64,000 nucleotides of DNA. Source: Candidatus Algichlamydia australiensis. Its GTDB lineage: Bacteria; Chlamydiota; Chlamydiia; Chlamydiales; JAJFMI01. A program made the position numbers and the translations under genes. Of the stretch, positions 7,259-16,628 are shown one piece after another (the stretch's first letter is position 1; every line of letters starts with the position of its first letter). The stretch is from contig JAXCHI010000004.1 in NCBI GenBank assembly GCA_033977065.1, positions 192,001 through 256,000 of the forward strand. Reading direction: 5' to 3'. Under the pieces are notes generated by a model that did not search any database, was not told the DNA's origin, and was given only the letters and a program-made list of their open reading frames with translations.

Positions 7259-8899
7259 ATGAGCACTATGTCGACAAAGTCTCAACCAAAAATTTTAATT
7301 GTAGGGGCAGGACCCACAGGCTTAATGATGGGAATTTTGCTTGCCCGTGAAGGGATCCCATTTCGAATTATTGAAAAAGATAAAGAGCGCTCTCCTTTTT
7401 CACGAGCCTTAGCTCTTCAAACTCGCTCCTTAGAACTCTTGCAGGATATTCGCCTACTGCAAAAATTTATGCAGAGAGGTTTTGAAATTCGTGAGCTGAC
7501 CTTCCATACGCCCAAAAAGCAGATTGGTCACTTTACTTTAGAGGGAGTCCCATCTCCATTCTCTTTTATTCTTGTTCACCCTCAGGAGCGTACGGAAGAG
7601 CTTTTAGAGGAGCATCTAGTAAGTAGGGGAGTCAAAGTTGAGCGTGGAGTGACACTGACAGAAGTATCCACTACAGGAGAGGTTACACTGCAATCTGATA
7701 AAGAGGAGAAGTGCAAATTTGACTATGTTCTTGCTTGCGATGGAGGGCATTCAGCTGTTCGTGAAAAAGTAAAAATCCCCTTTGAAGGAGTCGATCGCAA
7801 AGAGGTTTTTGCTTTAGCTGACCTTAAAGTGCAAAGCTCTATCGACCCTAAGGCAATGAGTGGGTTTTTTAGTCCAGACGGTGTTGTCGCATTTATTCCC
7901 ATGCCGGAAGGGTATATGCGATTGATTCTGGCCAATATGAAAGAGCACAAAGATTTGACGCTTGAGGAATTAAAACAAGTTGTCGAAAAACGCACCAAGC
8001 GTACATTTCACCTCTCTGATATAAAGTGGACTTCGCATTTTATCACCCACTTTCGTCACTCAGCAACCATGCGCAGAGGCTCTGTCTTCCTTTTTGGTGA
8101 TAGTGCACATATTCACTCACCTGTTGGGGGACAGGGAATGAATACTGGACTCCAAGATAGCTATAACTTTGCCTGGAAACTTGCACGCGTAATACGAAAA
8201 GAGGCGAGCAGCTCCTTGCTTGAGACGTACGAAGAGGAGCGTATGCAAGTCGCAGAGAGCCTAATTCGTTGGACAAGTCAGATGACAAAATTTGTGACCT
8301 TACAAAGGAATCCCTTTCTTTTTCTGCGTAATCAACTATTAAGCTATCTCTTTAAACGTAAATTTTTTCAGAAAAAATTGCGTCTTTGGATGACGCAAAC
8401 GCGTATCCATTATCGCGAGAGCCCCCTCTCAAAAGAGCATGCGCCCTCTTTTCTCTCTGCGCTTTTTTCGCGCAAGCAGCGCGAATTTCGCTTAGGACCG
8501 CGTGCAGGAGACCGAGCTCTTGATGCAGAAGTCTCTCTTAAAGATCAGCTGGAGATTTCTACTCTCTTTGAGGCCCTTTCTGGTTCTAAATTTGTCCTTC
8601 TTGTATTTGCAAGTAAACGTTTAAAGCCCAAACTTTTGCAAGAGCTCAAAGAGCTTCTGCCGCAAGATTTTGTCGCCTATCTCATCGCTTCTGATGAGCA
8701 GCATCCTCTTATAGAAACGTGGAATGGAGACGTGATCTTTGATCGCTCCGGCTCTTTAAGAAAAAATTACGGTGTCAGCCACTCAAGCCTCTACCTCATT
8801 CGCCCCGATAACTATATTGCCTATAGAAGTTACGGCTTTGAGCTTCCCGCTTTTAAGAAGTACCTTCACGGCGCCTCTTTTTCTCTTGCGCACCCTTAA
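7259..8899 (+). CDS. FAD-dependent monooxygenase (PheA/TfdB-like)
   Basis: IVGAGPTGL, ACDGGHSAVR, GDSAHIHSPVGGQGMNTGLQD, C-terminal LIRPDNYIA. Confidence 0.9.
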   Translation: MSTMSTKSQPKILIVGAGPTGLMMGILLAREGIPFRIIEKDKERSPFSRALALQTRSLELLQDIRLLQKFMQRGFEIRELTFHTPKKQIGHFTLEGVPSPFSFILVHPQERTEELLEEHLVSRGVKVERGVTLTEVSTTGEVTLQSDKEEKCKFDYVLACDGGHSAVREKVKIPFEGVDRKEVFALADLKVQSSIDPKAMSGFFSPDGVVAFIPMPEGYMRLILANMKEHKDLTLEELKQVVEKRTKRTFHLSDIKWTSHFITHFRHSATMRRGSVFLFGDSAHIHSPVGGQGMNTGLQDSYNFAWKLARVIRKEASSSLLETYEEERMQVAESLIRWTSQMTKFVTLQRNPFLFLRNQLLSYLFKRKFFQKKLRLWMTQTRIHYRESPLSKEHAPSFLSALFSRKQREFRLGPRAGDRALDAEVSLKDQLEISTLFEALSGSKFVLLVFASKRLKPKLLQELKELLPQDFVAYLIASDEQHPLIETWNGDVIFDRSGSLRKNYGVSHSSLYLIRPDNYIAYRSYGFELPAFKKYLHGASFSLAHP

Positions 8900-9356
8900 A
8901 TCGATGCTGGCGGCGCATCTCTGCCTCTTCAAACCTGCGCTTTTCATCACTGGTTTCAGGACTTAAAGGAGGAACAGTTGTTGGTTTGCGATGCTCATCG
9001 AGTGCAACAAACGTTAAATAAGCGGAGACAATGTGTCTTCTTTTGCGATCATTTAAATTATCTTCGGCAATCACTTTGACACCAATCTCCATCGATGTAT
9101 TCCAGGTGCGGTTGACCGAGCCCATAAAAATCAAATTTTCTCCGCGCCCTGCTGGAGCTAGAAAATGAATCGCATCAACGGACGCTGTCACACACGTATT
9201 TTGCGCATGACGCTCGGCAACAACAGCTGCAACACGATCGATAATGCTCATGATCATCCCGCCAAAGGCAGTACCATGCGAATTCAAATCATTAGGAAAA
9301 ATACGATAAGTGTGGTCATTGACCGCACTCTCTGCTGGGGGCTTTGCTTCACTCAT
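8853..9356 (-). CDS. Acyl-CoA thioesterase (YciA-like hotdog fold)
   Basis: PNDLNSHGTAFGG, VTASVD, TSMEIGV, AYLTFVALD. Confidence 0.9.
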   Translation of the reverse strand: MSEAKPPAESAVNDHTYRIFPNDLNSHGTAFGGMIMSIIDRVAAVVAERHAQNTCVTASVDAIHFLAPAGRGENLIFMGSVNRTWNTSMEIGVKVIAEDNLNDRKRRHIVSAYLTFVALDEHRKPTTVPPLSPETSDEKRRFEEAEMRRQHRFKGAQEKKRRREGTS

Positions 9357-9547
9357 ACCCTCTTACTATCATAAACCAATTATTTTAGTTTACGACAAAT
9401 CTAAAGTTGTTTCCTTTCAAAGACCAAAGAGCAAAAGATAGAGCGCTTATTTATGGGGGCGATCAGTCACAAAAAATTGGAAAATTTCAATTGAGCTTAC
9501 CCTAATAAAGCTGTAATTGGATTTTTTCTCAGTTTTGAGAAGGATTC

Positions 9548-11857
9548 CTATTCAACCTCGTTCAAAAAATGGAAGCGGTTGAGGCGAGAATGTTGAGATC
9601 TCGGAGGAAGATCAACTCTACGTTGTGAAAAATTTGCGGTTCTTAAACTTAACGCTTGAGGTCTTAGTGTAAATCTCGGAACCTCTATAGGTCTTGGTAA
9701 CTCTTGTGGTCTAGAAAACTGACGAGAACACCGATGAGGAAGCGTTTCTTCTGTAAGAATAGTTAAAAATTTCTTTGAAAGATCAATCAATCGTTGCTCA
9801 TAAGTATCATCATCAATCTCTTCGATCTCATTCATTTTACCAGGAAATTTCTTTTTTAAAGCTTCGTGCCATTTTTTATTTGCCAGCAAACGAGAATAGT
9901 ATTTATCGGGGTTACTTAGTTCTGCATGAACATAATTTTTGGCATCTTCTTTATCTTTTTCTGTTACGAGTGAGCAAGCTTCAAAACTCATTCTTGTAAT
10001 ATCGATTTCAAGATTTGGATAGGAGAGAATAATAGCGAGTTGCGTCTCTATGTCATCAATAGTAATGCGTTGGAAATTATTTATTAGATTGGCAAGCGCT
10101 GCGCAGACTTCGCGGATCTTTTGCTCTCTATATTGAGGCACAAGGTTTTCCACTATGCTGTCTACATTCATGTCATGAAGCCCTGTCCGGTTTGATGCAG
10201 ATATTTTTTTAAAAACCTCTCTAGCTTCAACGAGAGTTTCTCGTAACTCAATTTTATAGTTTTCGGAATTAGAATCGAGGTTTTGGAGTTTTTCATATAG
10301 AATAGGAAATTGACTTTGAATATTTCGAAGCTTTACGAGAACCCCATCTGAAAATTCTTTTAATAACTCAACGACCCAAGCTGTCTTCCCAATAAAAGTT
10401 GCGAGGGTAAACGAATCGTCGATTCCAAAATCAAGAAGTCTTTTTGCGATTCCAATATCAATGATCATAAGCGCGACGCTGTCGCTGCAGCTAATTGTAG
10501 CTGAGGTGATAGTAGAGAGAAGCTCTTCCTTCCAGTTTTGATCTTCAATAGCAAGTTCAAAATATTCACAGATTTTCACGGCCATCTCAACTTTGCTCTC
10601 CTCTGAGTAAGTTGACTGTGCCATATCTCCAACTTTACGAAGCCACTCTCCTAGAGCATTCTTCTGCTGACGATTCAGATCAAGACGTGAGAGGTCTACC
10701 TGTTTTCCTGCAACTCGATTGAGCTTATCCCAATTTGATTGTAAAGTTTGTAAAAAGCCCCTATTAGAGGAGAGCGAAGTCGTTACCCGAGGCCCTTCTT
10801 GGGGCTCTTGTGAAGGAACTCTACGACTAGCTTCTAAGCTTTCTCTTAGTGCTTGGAGGATTTCTGCTATTCTAGCATGTTGATGATTTAGAGCTTGGTG
10901 AATTCGCGGATCCAGATTATTTTGAGAGCTTGTCTGCGCAGCCCTTGTATAAGCACCATTTCCTCGAAAATTAGAATTATCCAGAAAGATATTAGGAGAA
11001 GAACTTTCCTGTGGAAGCTCGGGCTGTTCAACAGGGGCAGGTGCGCGTTGAGTTTGAAAAACTTGACAGTCTCTGTGAAGATGATTAACACACTGAGGAA
11101 GCTCATCGAAATTATTGTATTGAATATCGAGGTGGCGTAGAGATCTTAATTCACCAACTACCAAAGGAAGGGAATTAAGACTGTTATGACTGAGGTTAAG
11201 AGTGTTTAGGTTGGGTAGAATAGAAATGGTTGGGGGAACTTCAGAAATTTCATTATGGTCAAGTTTTAGGGTTCTAAGGAATTGAAGATTGAAAATATTT
11301 ATGGGAATAGTTCGCAGTCCTGTCGAAGAGAGATGTAGATCTTGAAGGCTAGGGGGAAGAATGAGTCTATTGGAATCGAAATTGCTATTATGTGATAGCT
11401 TTAATGTTTTTAGGGGGAGTTCGTAGAACCAGTCGGGCAATCCTTCTAACTCGTTATATGAAAGATCAAACGTTTTTAACCTTTTTAGTTGTTGAATTTC
11501 AGGTGGAATCGAGCAAAGTCTATTTTCTTTTAGCTCGAGATCAGTAATCCAAGTCAGTCGTTCTAGATTGGGTGGGAGTTCCGTTAATTTTAAATTGGAG
11601 AGATCGAGATAGCGGCTATTCTCGCGAATGCATCTCTTGACTCTTTTGATGGCCTCTCCACGTTTCTCACCTTCTCTGCCTTGAGAGATCCACGCCTTAT
11701 CAATCAAATTTTGTCTATAATTTTGATAACGACAATATAGGAAGTAGAGGCTCAAAGCACCAATACCTAAGTAGGCAACTGTAGTAATTTTATTTTCAAT
11801 GGATAGGCTTCTAAAATAATTTGTGTATTCTATGCCTGCACTCTTTACTTTGTTCAT
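9548..11857 (-). CDS. Leucine-rich-repeat protein with C-terminal NEL-like E3 ubiquitin ligase domain
   Basis: About 8 LxxLxLxxNxLxxLP repeats; later WLRKV...ATISCSDSVAL (CxD) and DDIETQLA, resembling IpaH/SspH NEL motifs. Confidence 0.7.
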   Translation of the reverse strand: MNKVKSAGIEYTNYFRSLSIENKITTVAYLGIGALSLYFLYCRYQNYRQNLIDKAWISQGREGEKRGEAIKRVKRCIRENSRYLDLSNLKLTELPPNLERLTWITDLELKENRLCSIPPEIQQLKRLKTFDLSYNELEGLPDWFYELPLKTLKLSHNSNFDSNRLILPPSLQDLHLSSTGLRTIPINIFNLQFLRTLKLDHNEISEVPPTISILPNLNTLNLSHNSLNSLPLVVGELRSLRHLDIQYNNFDELPQCVNHLHRDCQVFQTQRAPAPVEQPELPQESSSPNIFLDNSNFRGNGAYTRAAQTSSQNNLDPRIHQALNHQHARIAEILQALRESLEASRRVPSQEPQEGPRVTTSLSSNRGFLQTLQSNWDKLNRVAGKQVDLSRLDLNRQQKNALGEWLRKVGDMAQSTYSEESKVEMAVKICEYFELAIEDQNWKEELLSTITSATISCSDSVALMIIDIGIAKRLLDFGIDDSFTLATFIGKTAWVVELLKEFSDGVLVKLRNIQSQFPILYEKLQNLDSNSENYKIELRETLVEAREVFKKISASNRTGLHDMNVDSIVENLVPQYREQKIREVCAALANLINNFQRITIDDIETQLAIILSYPNLEIDITRMSFEACSLVTEKDKEDAKNYVHAELSNPDKYYSRLLANKKWHEALKKKFPGKMNEIEEIDDDTYEQRLIDLSKKFLTILTEETLPHRCSRQFSRPQELPRPIEVPRFTLRPQALSLRTANFSQRRVDLPPRSQHSRLNRFHFLNEVE

Positions 11858-11952
11858 CGTTTTCTTCGGTTTTGAAGCAGCATGGTAACATATATAGAGA
11901 ATATTGAAAAGATGAAGATGGGCTGTTAGTATATGTCAAAAAAGGAGTTTAT

Positions 11953-12927
11953 GTGAAGAAAGCCATAAGAGTTGCGGTAACAGGAGGAGCAGGACAGATT
12001 AGCTATAGCGCGCTTTTTCGAATTGGAAATGGAGATCTGTTTGGTAAGGATCAACCAGTAGAGCTCTCAATTTTAGAGTTGCCAATTTCTATGGACGCAT
12101 TGAAAGGTGTTGTGATGGAGCTTGAAGATTGCGCCTTTCCGCTGCTGAAAGAAATTCATATAAGCTCTGAGCCAAAAGAGGCGTTTGCTGATGCAGATGT
12201 TGTCCTGTTCATTGGGGCAAAGCCGCGCGGGCCCGGGCAGGAGCGCAAAGATCTTTTAGCTGAAAATGGCAAAATTTTTGTGGGCCAGGGTAAGGCGCTA
12301 AATGAGGTAGCAAAACGCGATGCGAAAATGCTTGTGGTGGGAAATCCTTGCAACACCAATGCTCTTGTGTTGATGCATAACGCTCCCAATCTGCCAAGAG
12401 AAAACTTTTTTGCGATGACGCGTCTGGATCAGAATCGCGCGCAGGCACAGCTTGCTGCAAAAGCAGGTGTGGATTCTAATCAAGTCGAAAATCTTGTGAT
12501 TTGGGGCAACCATTCAGCTACGCAGGTACCAGACTTTCTCAATGCAAAAATTTCTGGTAAACCGGTTCTTGATGTGATTACGGATCGCGATTGGCTAGAA
12601 GGCGAGTTTTTTACTACGGTGCAGCAGCGTGGAGCCGCTATCATTAAAGCACGCGGCAAATCTTCAGCGGCCAGCGCAGCCAGTGCAGCAGTTGATACGG
12701 TAAATTCTATTTTTAGCCATGAACTCTACTCTGCAGGTGTAATTTCTGATGGCAATCCTTACGGCATAGCAGATGGTCTTATTTTTTCTCTTCCACTCCT
12801 TGCCAAATCGGGAAGTTGGGAGATTGTAAAAGGGTTTACTCACGATGATTTCCTTGAAAAAAAGATCAAAGAGACAGAAAAGGAACTCATGGAGGAGCGC
12901 GATATGGTTGCGAGCTTATTACGATGA
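11953..12927 (+). CDS. mdh: Malate dehydrogenase
   Basis: [48 protein letters not shown]. Confidence 0.97.
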   Translation: MKKAIRVAVTGGAGQISYSALFRIGNGDLFGKDQPVELSILELPISMDALKGVVMELEDCAFPLLKEIHISSEPKEAFADADVVLFIGAKPRGPGQERKDLLAENGKIFVGQGKALNEVAKRDAKMLVVGNPCNTNALVLMHNAPNLPRENFFAMTRLDQNRAQAQLAAKAGVDSNQVENLVIWGNHSATQVPDFLNAKISGKPVLDVITDRDWLEGEFFTTVQQRGAAIIKARGKSSAASAASAAVDTVNSIFSHELYSAGVISDGNPYGIADGLIFSLPLLAKSGSWEIVKGFTHDDFLEKKIKETEKELMEERDMVASLLR

Positions 12928-14052
12928 GTGATGTTTTATTTGAGATAAAAGAGGAAAATCTTGAGACGGGTTTGCGTGGCATTCCTGTTGGTTATTGCAT
13001 CACATCACGTGTTGATGCGGAAAAAGGGCTTTTCTATCGCGATAAAGCGGTAACAGAGTGTGTACAGATGCAGCCCGAAGAGGTACTCTCTTACCTTTAT
13101 GGTAGTGATCTTTCTAAAGAGCTTGTTTCGCGTGGCGTGTGTGATCAAGCTGTAATCGATCATATTGAAAAATTGCCTGGAAAAGTAGCACCCATGAAAC
13201 TCTTCTCTACGGCCATTTTGCTCCTTGGCATGTTTGAGAGTAAACAAGATTATCGCGAAGACGCGCTCAATCTCATCGCTAAAATTCCTCATCTAGCTGC
13301 AGCAGTCATCAATTACCACGCAGGCTGGGGCAAAACGCCTCCTTCAAATCCTGAGCTTGGTTACATGCAAAATTTTACTCATCTGCTGAATGTTCCCGAT
13401 TCTGATAAGAAAATTTTAGGCGAAGTTCTTACCCTCTTCAACATTTTACATTACGATCACGGTGGTGGTAACCTCTCTGCATTTGTGGGTAAGGCCGTTG
13501 CTTCAGGTCTTACCGATCTCTATGGCTCTATCGCCTCAAGTATGTGTGCTTTAGCCGGACCGCGGCACGGGTGCGCCAATCAAGTGGCTCTTGAATTTGT
13601 ACAAAGCGTTCTTGATGAAGCGGGAACAGAAGCAACAGAAAAAGATTTAGAAAATCTGCTGCGCAAACGCCTTGCAGAAAAAAAACTTGTTTTTGGATTT
13701 GGCCACGCTGTTTTGCGCGTTGAGGACCCGCGCGCTGCTATCATGTATGATTACTCGGCAAAAAATTTCCCCGATCATCCACTCGTGCGTACCGCACTTT
13801 TGCTTCGCAAAGCAGGTCCTACAGTCTTAAAAGAGAACCCTAAAATTCAAAATCCCTATCCCAATCTCGATGCCATTAGTGGCTCGATGCTCTCAGGCGC
13901 TGGCTTCCCTTATCCTGAGTATTACACCATTCTGTTTGGAGTTGCGCGCGCTTGCGGCATCGCGATGCAAATTGTCTACGAGCGCCTCGAGGCGCGCGAT
14001 GGCAAGGGGACTCCCATTGTCCGCTCCCAAATACCTCTACAGGAACCACTGA
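12924..14052 (+). CDS. gltA: Citrate synthase, with an apparent 1-bp insertion near 14024-14025
   Basis: [32 protein letters not shown]; the expected IVRPKYLY C-terminus continues in the +1 frame and ends at 14052. Confidence 0.9.
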
Positions 14053-14202
14053 ACAATTCATGCACCGATATCTCGGCCGAAAAATTCTATAAAATTTTAT
14101 TTTCGATCTCCATCAACTTTCCAAAGTTGATTCCGATCTCCAAATAACGTTTTTTAGAATTTTCGGTTCGACCTATCGGTACAGCAATTATTCAGTGGCT
14201 CC
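14042..14202. mobile_element. MITE family A (IS5-like ends), copy 1
   Basis: TIRs GGAACCACTGAACAAT / ATTATTCAGTGGCTCC flanked by a TACA direct repeat (14038-41, 14203-06); internal sequence shared with other copies. Confidence 0.85.
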
Positions 14203-14322
14203 TACAAAAAATAAAAACTTTATTTTTTCATAGTAATTTCTTATAATTTCCGTAGATTGGGGTGAAAACTATCCCTGTATTCGAAATTAAGCAATACACA
14301 CTTAGTTGCTTGTGTATTTTAT

Positions 14323-14340
14323 TGACCAATATATTGGTCA
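14323..14340. promoter_or_regulatory. Perfect 18-bp palindrome, probable TA operator
   Basis: TGACCAATATATTGGTCA overlapping a TTGACC-N18-TACTAT promoter-like sequence just upstream of the toxin gene. Confidence 0.7.
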
Positions 14341-14352
14341 TATGGTACTATC

Positions 14353-14652
14353 ATGCTAGTAAGGAAATCAAAGGAGTTTAACTCCTGGATGAAAGCTTTG
14401 CGCGAGGCTGAAAGAAAGTTAGTTGAGTCAAGGCTAAATCGAATAGAGTGTTCTTGTCACTTTGGAGATGCCAAGTATTTAGGAGAGCATCTAGCAGAGC
14501 TACGATGAAAAAATGGAATAAGAATTTATTTTTATAAAATAAATAATGAAGAGGTTTTTCTTTTATTAGGAGGATATAAAAATGCCCAAGCCAAAGAGAT
14601 CAAAAAAGCAAGAATTTTGCTTCGCCGATATGCCCGCTCTTGGACGGGATAA
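14353..14652 (+). pseudogene. RelE/HigB-type addiction-module toxin with internal TGA at 14506-14508
   Basis: MLVRKSKEFNSWMKAL...RLNRIE...HFGDAKYLGEHLAELR*KNGIRIYF...LLLGGYKNAQAKEIKKA. Confidence 0.85.
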
Positions 14653-14911
14653 GAGATTCAAATCATACGTTCATGATTCAAAAAAGCCTTTTAGAGATAA
14701 AAAAGCTGTGGCTCTTGCTCTTTTTCAGTGTCTTGAAGATAACGATCCAGAATCCTTTGTAGAAATTCTTGAAACTTATTTGGAAGTGAATAAAACAGAA
14801 ATTGCAAAAAAGGCCAATCTCTCACGATCAACAGTACAGAATGCTTTTTCGAATAAAGGAAATCCTACAATTCGAACAATTGCTCAAATTGTTCATAAAG
14901 CTGTTGCTTAA
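14630..14911 (+). CDS. HigA-type XRE HTH antitoxin
   Basis: NKTEIAKKANLSRSTVQNAFSNKGNPTIRTIAQIV; overlaps toxin 3' end; alternative start at 14582. Confidence 0.85.
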   Translation: MPALGRDKRFKSYVHDSKKPFRDKKAVALALFQCLEDNDPESFVEILETYLEVNKTEIAKKANLSRSTVQNAFSNKGNPTIRTIAQIVHKAVA

Positions 14912-14931
14912 TCAAATAGAATGAAAAATTT

Positions 14932-15858
14932 GTGAATCAAAAGAAGATTGCTGTAATTGGTGGGGGGTTAGCAGGTCTGGGGGTGGCGTATTCGCTCTTG
15001 GTAAAGGGCTGTAGGGTCACGCTATTTGAAAGGGAGCGGGTAGGTGCGGGAGCCTCCGGTGTTGGATCAGGACTATTACACCCGTTTATCGGAGAAAAGG
15101 CTCTCTATTCAAAGAGGGGCCATGAGGGGATGGTTGCGACAAGAGAGCTGCTTGAGGTAGCAAGTGAGCAGCTGGGACGATCGGTTTTTTCTGAATCGGG
15201 GATTATGCGCTACATGGTTAAGGAATCCCAGAAGGAGCATTTTGCCAAGCGCGCAGCAGAGTTTGAGGAGCTTTTGTTAACAGAAGAGGGGCTCTTTATT
15301 TCAAATGGAATTACAGTCTTCATGTCTCTTTATTTGCAGGGGCTTTTGAAGAAATGTTTGACACTAGGGCTTAAGGTTCGCAACGAGGAGGTGCGGCAGC
15401 TGCCCGAATTTGACCATGTTATTTTAGCGGTTGGTAGGGGAATTTTCTCTTTTGGACTCGATTTGGAGGTAAAACCTGTGAAGGGACAGGCTCTGCGCTG
15501 TCGTGGTTCTTTTGAAAGGAGTTTAATTGGTAAAGGGCATTTGGCGGTGACAGAGGATCCAAACTGCGTACACTTGGGATCCACGTATGAGCATTACTTT
15601 ACCGATGATGAGCCAGACTTAGAAAAGGCGAAGGAAAATATTTTGCGGCAGGTGGAATCTTTTTTACCAGATGCTCGTGGTCTTGAGATTTTAGATTGCA
15701 TAGCAGGGGTACGCGTTTGTCGGAAAAATGGATATGAGCCGATTGCCAAGGTATTAAATGAAAAGTGCAGTGTTTTCACAGGTTTAGGATCGCGCGGTCT
15801 TCTCTATCACGCTTTGCTTGGCAAAGAGCTAGCAGATAGAGTATATTGCCTGGTATGA
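14932..15858 (+). CDS. FAD-dependent oxidoreductase (DAO family)
   Basis: IAVIGGGLAG, GASG, PVKGQ, GSTYE, TGLGSRGL. Confidence 0.85.
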   Translation: MNQKKIAVIGGGLAGLGVAYSLLVKGCRVTLFERERVGAGASGVGSGLLHPFIGEKALYSKRGHEGMVATRELLEVASEQLGRSVFSESGIMRYMVKESQKEHFAKRAAEFEELLLTEEGLFISNGITVFMSLYLQGLLKKCLTLGLKVRNEEVRQLPEFDHVILAVGRGIFSFGLDLEVKPVKGQALRCRGSFERSLIGKGHLAVTEDPNCVHLGSTYEHYFTDDEPDLEKAKENILRQVESFLPDARGLEILDCIAGVRVCRKNGYEPIAKVLNEKCSVFTGLGSRGLLYHALLGKELADRVYCLV

Positions 15859-16628
15859 AAGGTTCATTTTTATTCTTGGGAACGGGCTCGTCCATGGGAA
15901 TTCCTGTGCTGCTTTGTGACTGCTCTGTTTGCAAGTCTCTTTCTCCACACAATAAGAGGCAGAGATCGGCGGGTATTATTACGCTTGAGAATAAAAAATT
16001 TTTACTTGATGTGGGTCCTGACTTTCGTCAGCAGGCGATTCAGTATAAAGTGAATGAGATTGACGGTCTGATTTTAACGCACAGTCACTTCGATCATGTA
16101 GCTGGATTTGATGATTTAAGAGTTTTTTCTTTTTTTGATCGCGGCCCTTTTCCCGTGTTGCTTTTTGAAGAGACTTATGCAGAGTTAACAAGATGTTTTC
16201 CCTATCTAGCCCAGATTGATCCTTTTTTACCGCGAAAAAAGTTCTCTTTTCAACAGGTGAAAGGGGATTATGGAGAGGTGATTTTTTTGGATATGCCAAT
16301 CAAATATGTGAGTTTTACTCAGGCAAAGATGAAGGTCATGGGCATAAGGATGGGAAATTTTGCTTTTGTCTCCGATATTAAGGAGTACGAAGAGACGATT
16401 TTCGACCACCTGCAGGGAGTAGAGACGCTTGTCTTAAGTGCCTTGAGGGAGGAAAGGTCTCCTGTTCATCTAAGTTTAGGTGAGAGTTTGGCTTTTGCAG
16501 AAAGAGTGGGGGCAAAACGGACTCTGCTCACGCATATTGCGCATGAGATGGATCATGAAATTGTTTCAAAGAAATTACCAGAGGGTGTGGAGCTCGCTTA
16601 TGATGGAATGGAGGTAGAGTTTGGCTGA
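15855..16628 (+). CDS. MBL-fold metallo-hydrolase (PhnP-like)
   Basis: FLGTGSSMGIP, CxCxxC, THSHFDH, THIAH, AYDG. Confidence 0.9.
   Translation: MKGSFLFLGTGSSMGIPVLLCDCSVCKSLSPHNKRQRSAGIITLENKKFLLDVGPDFRQQAIQYKVNEIDGLILTHSHFDHVAGFDDLRVFSFFDRGPFPVLLFEETYAELTRCFPYLAQIDPFLPRKKFSFQQVKGDYGEVIFLDMPIKYVSFTQAKMKVMGIRMGNFAFVSDIKEYEETIFDHLQGVETLVLSALREERSPVHLSLGESLAFAERVGAKRTLLTHIAHEMDHEIVSKKLPEGVELAYDGMEVEFG

Noticed and set aside
14053..14147. C-terminal extension of citrate synthase in the ORF track
   Set aside because: It results from the 1-bp insertion reading into the MITE
14506..14508. UGA-to-Trp recoding of the genome
   Set aside because: Many conserved genes (mdh, hflX, grxD, glgB, trmD) end at TGA, often overlapping the next start
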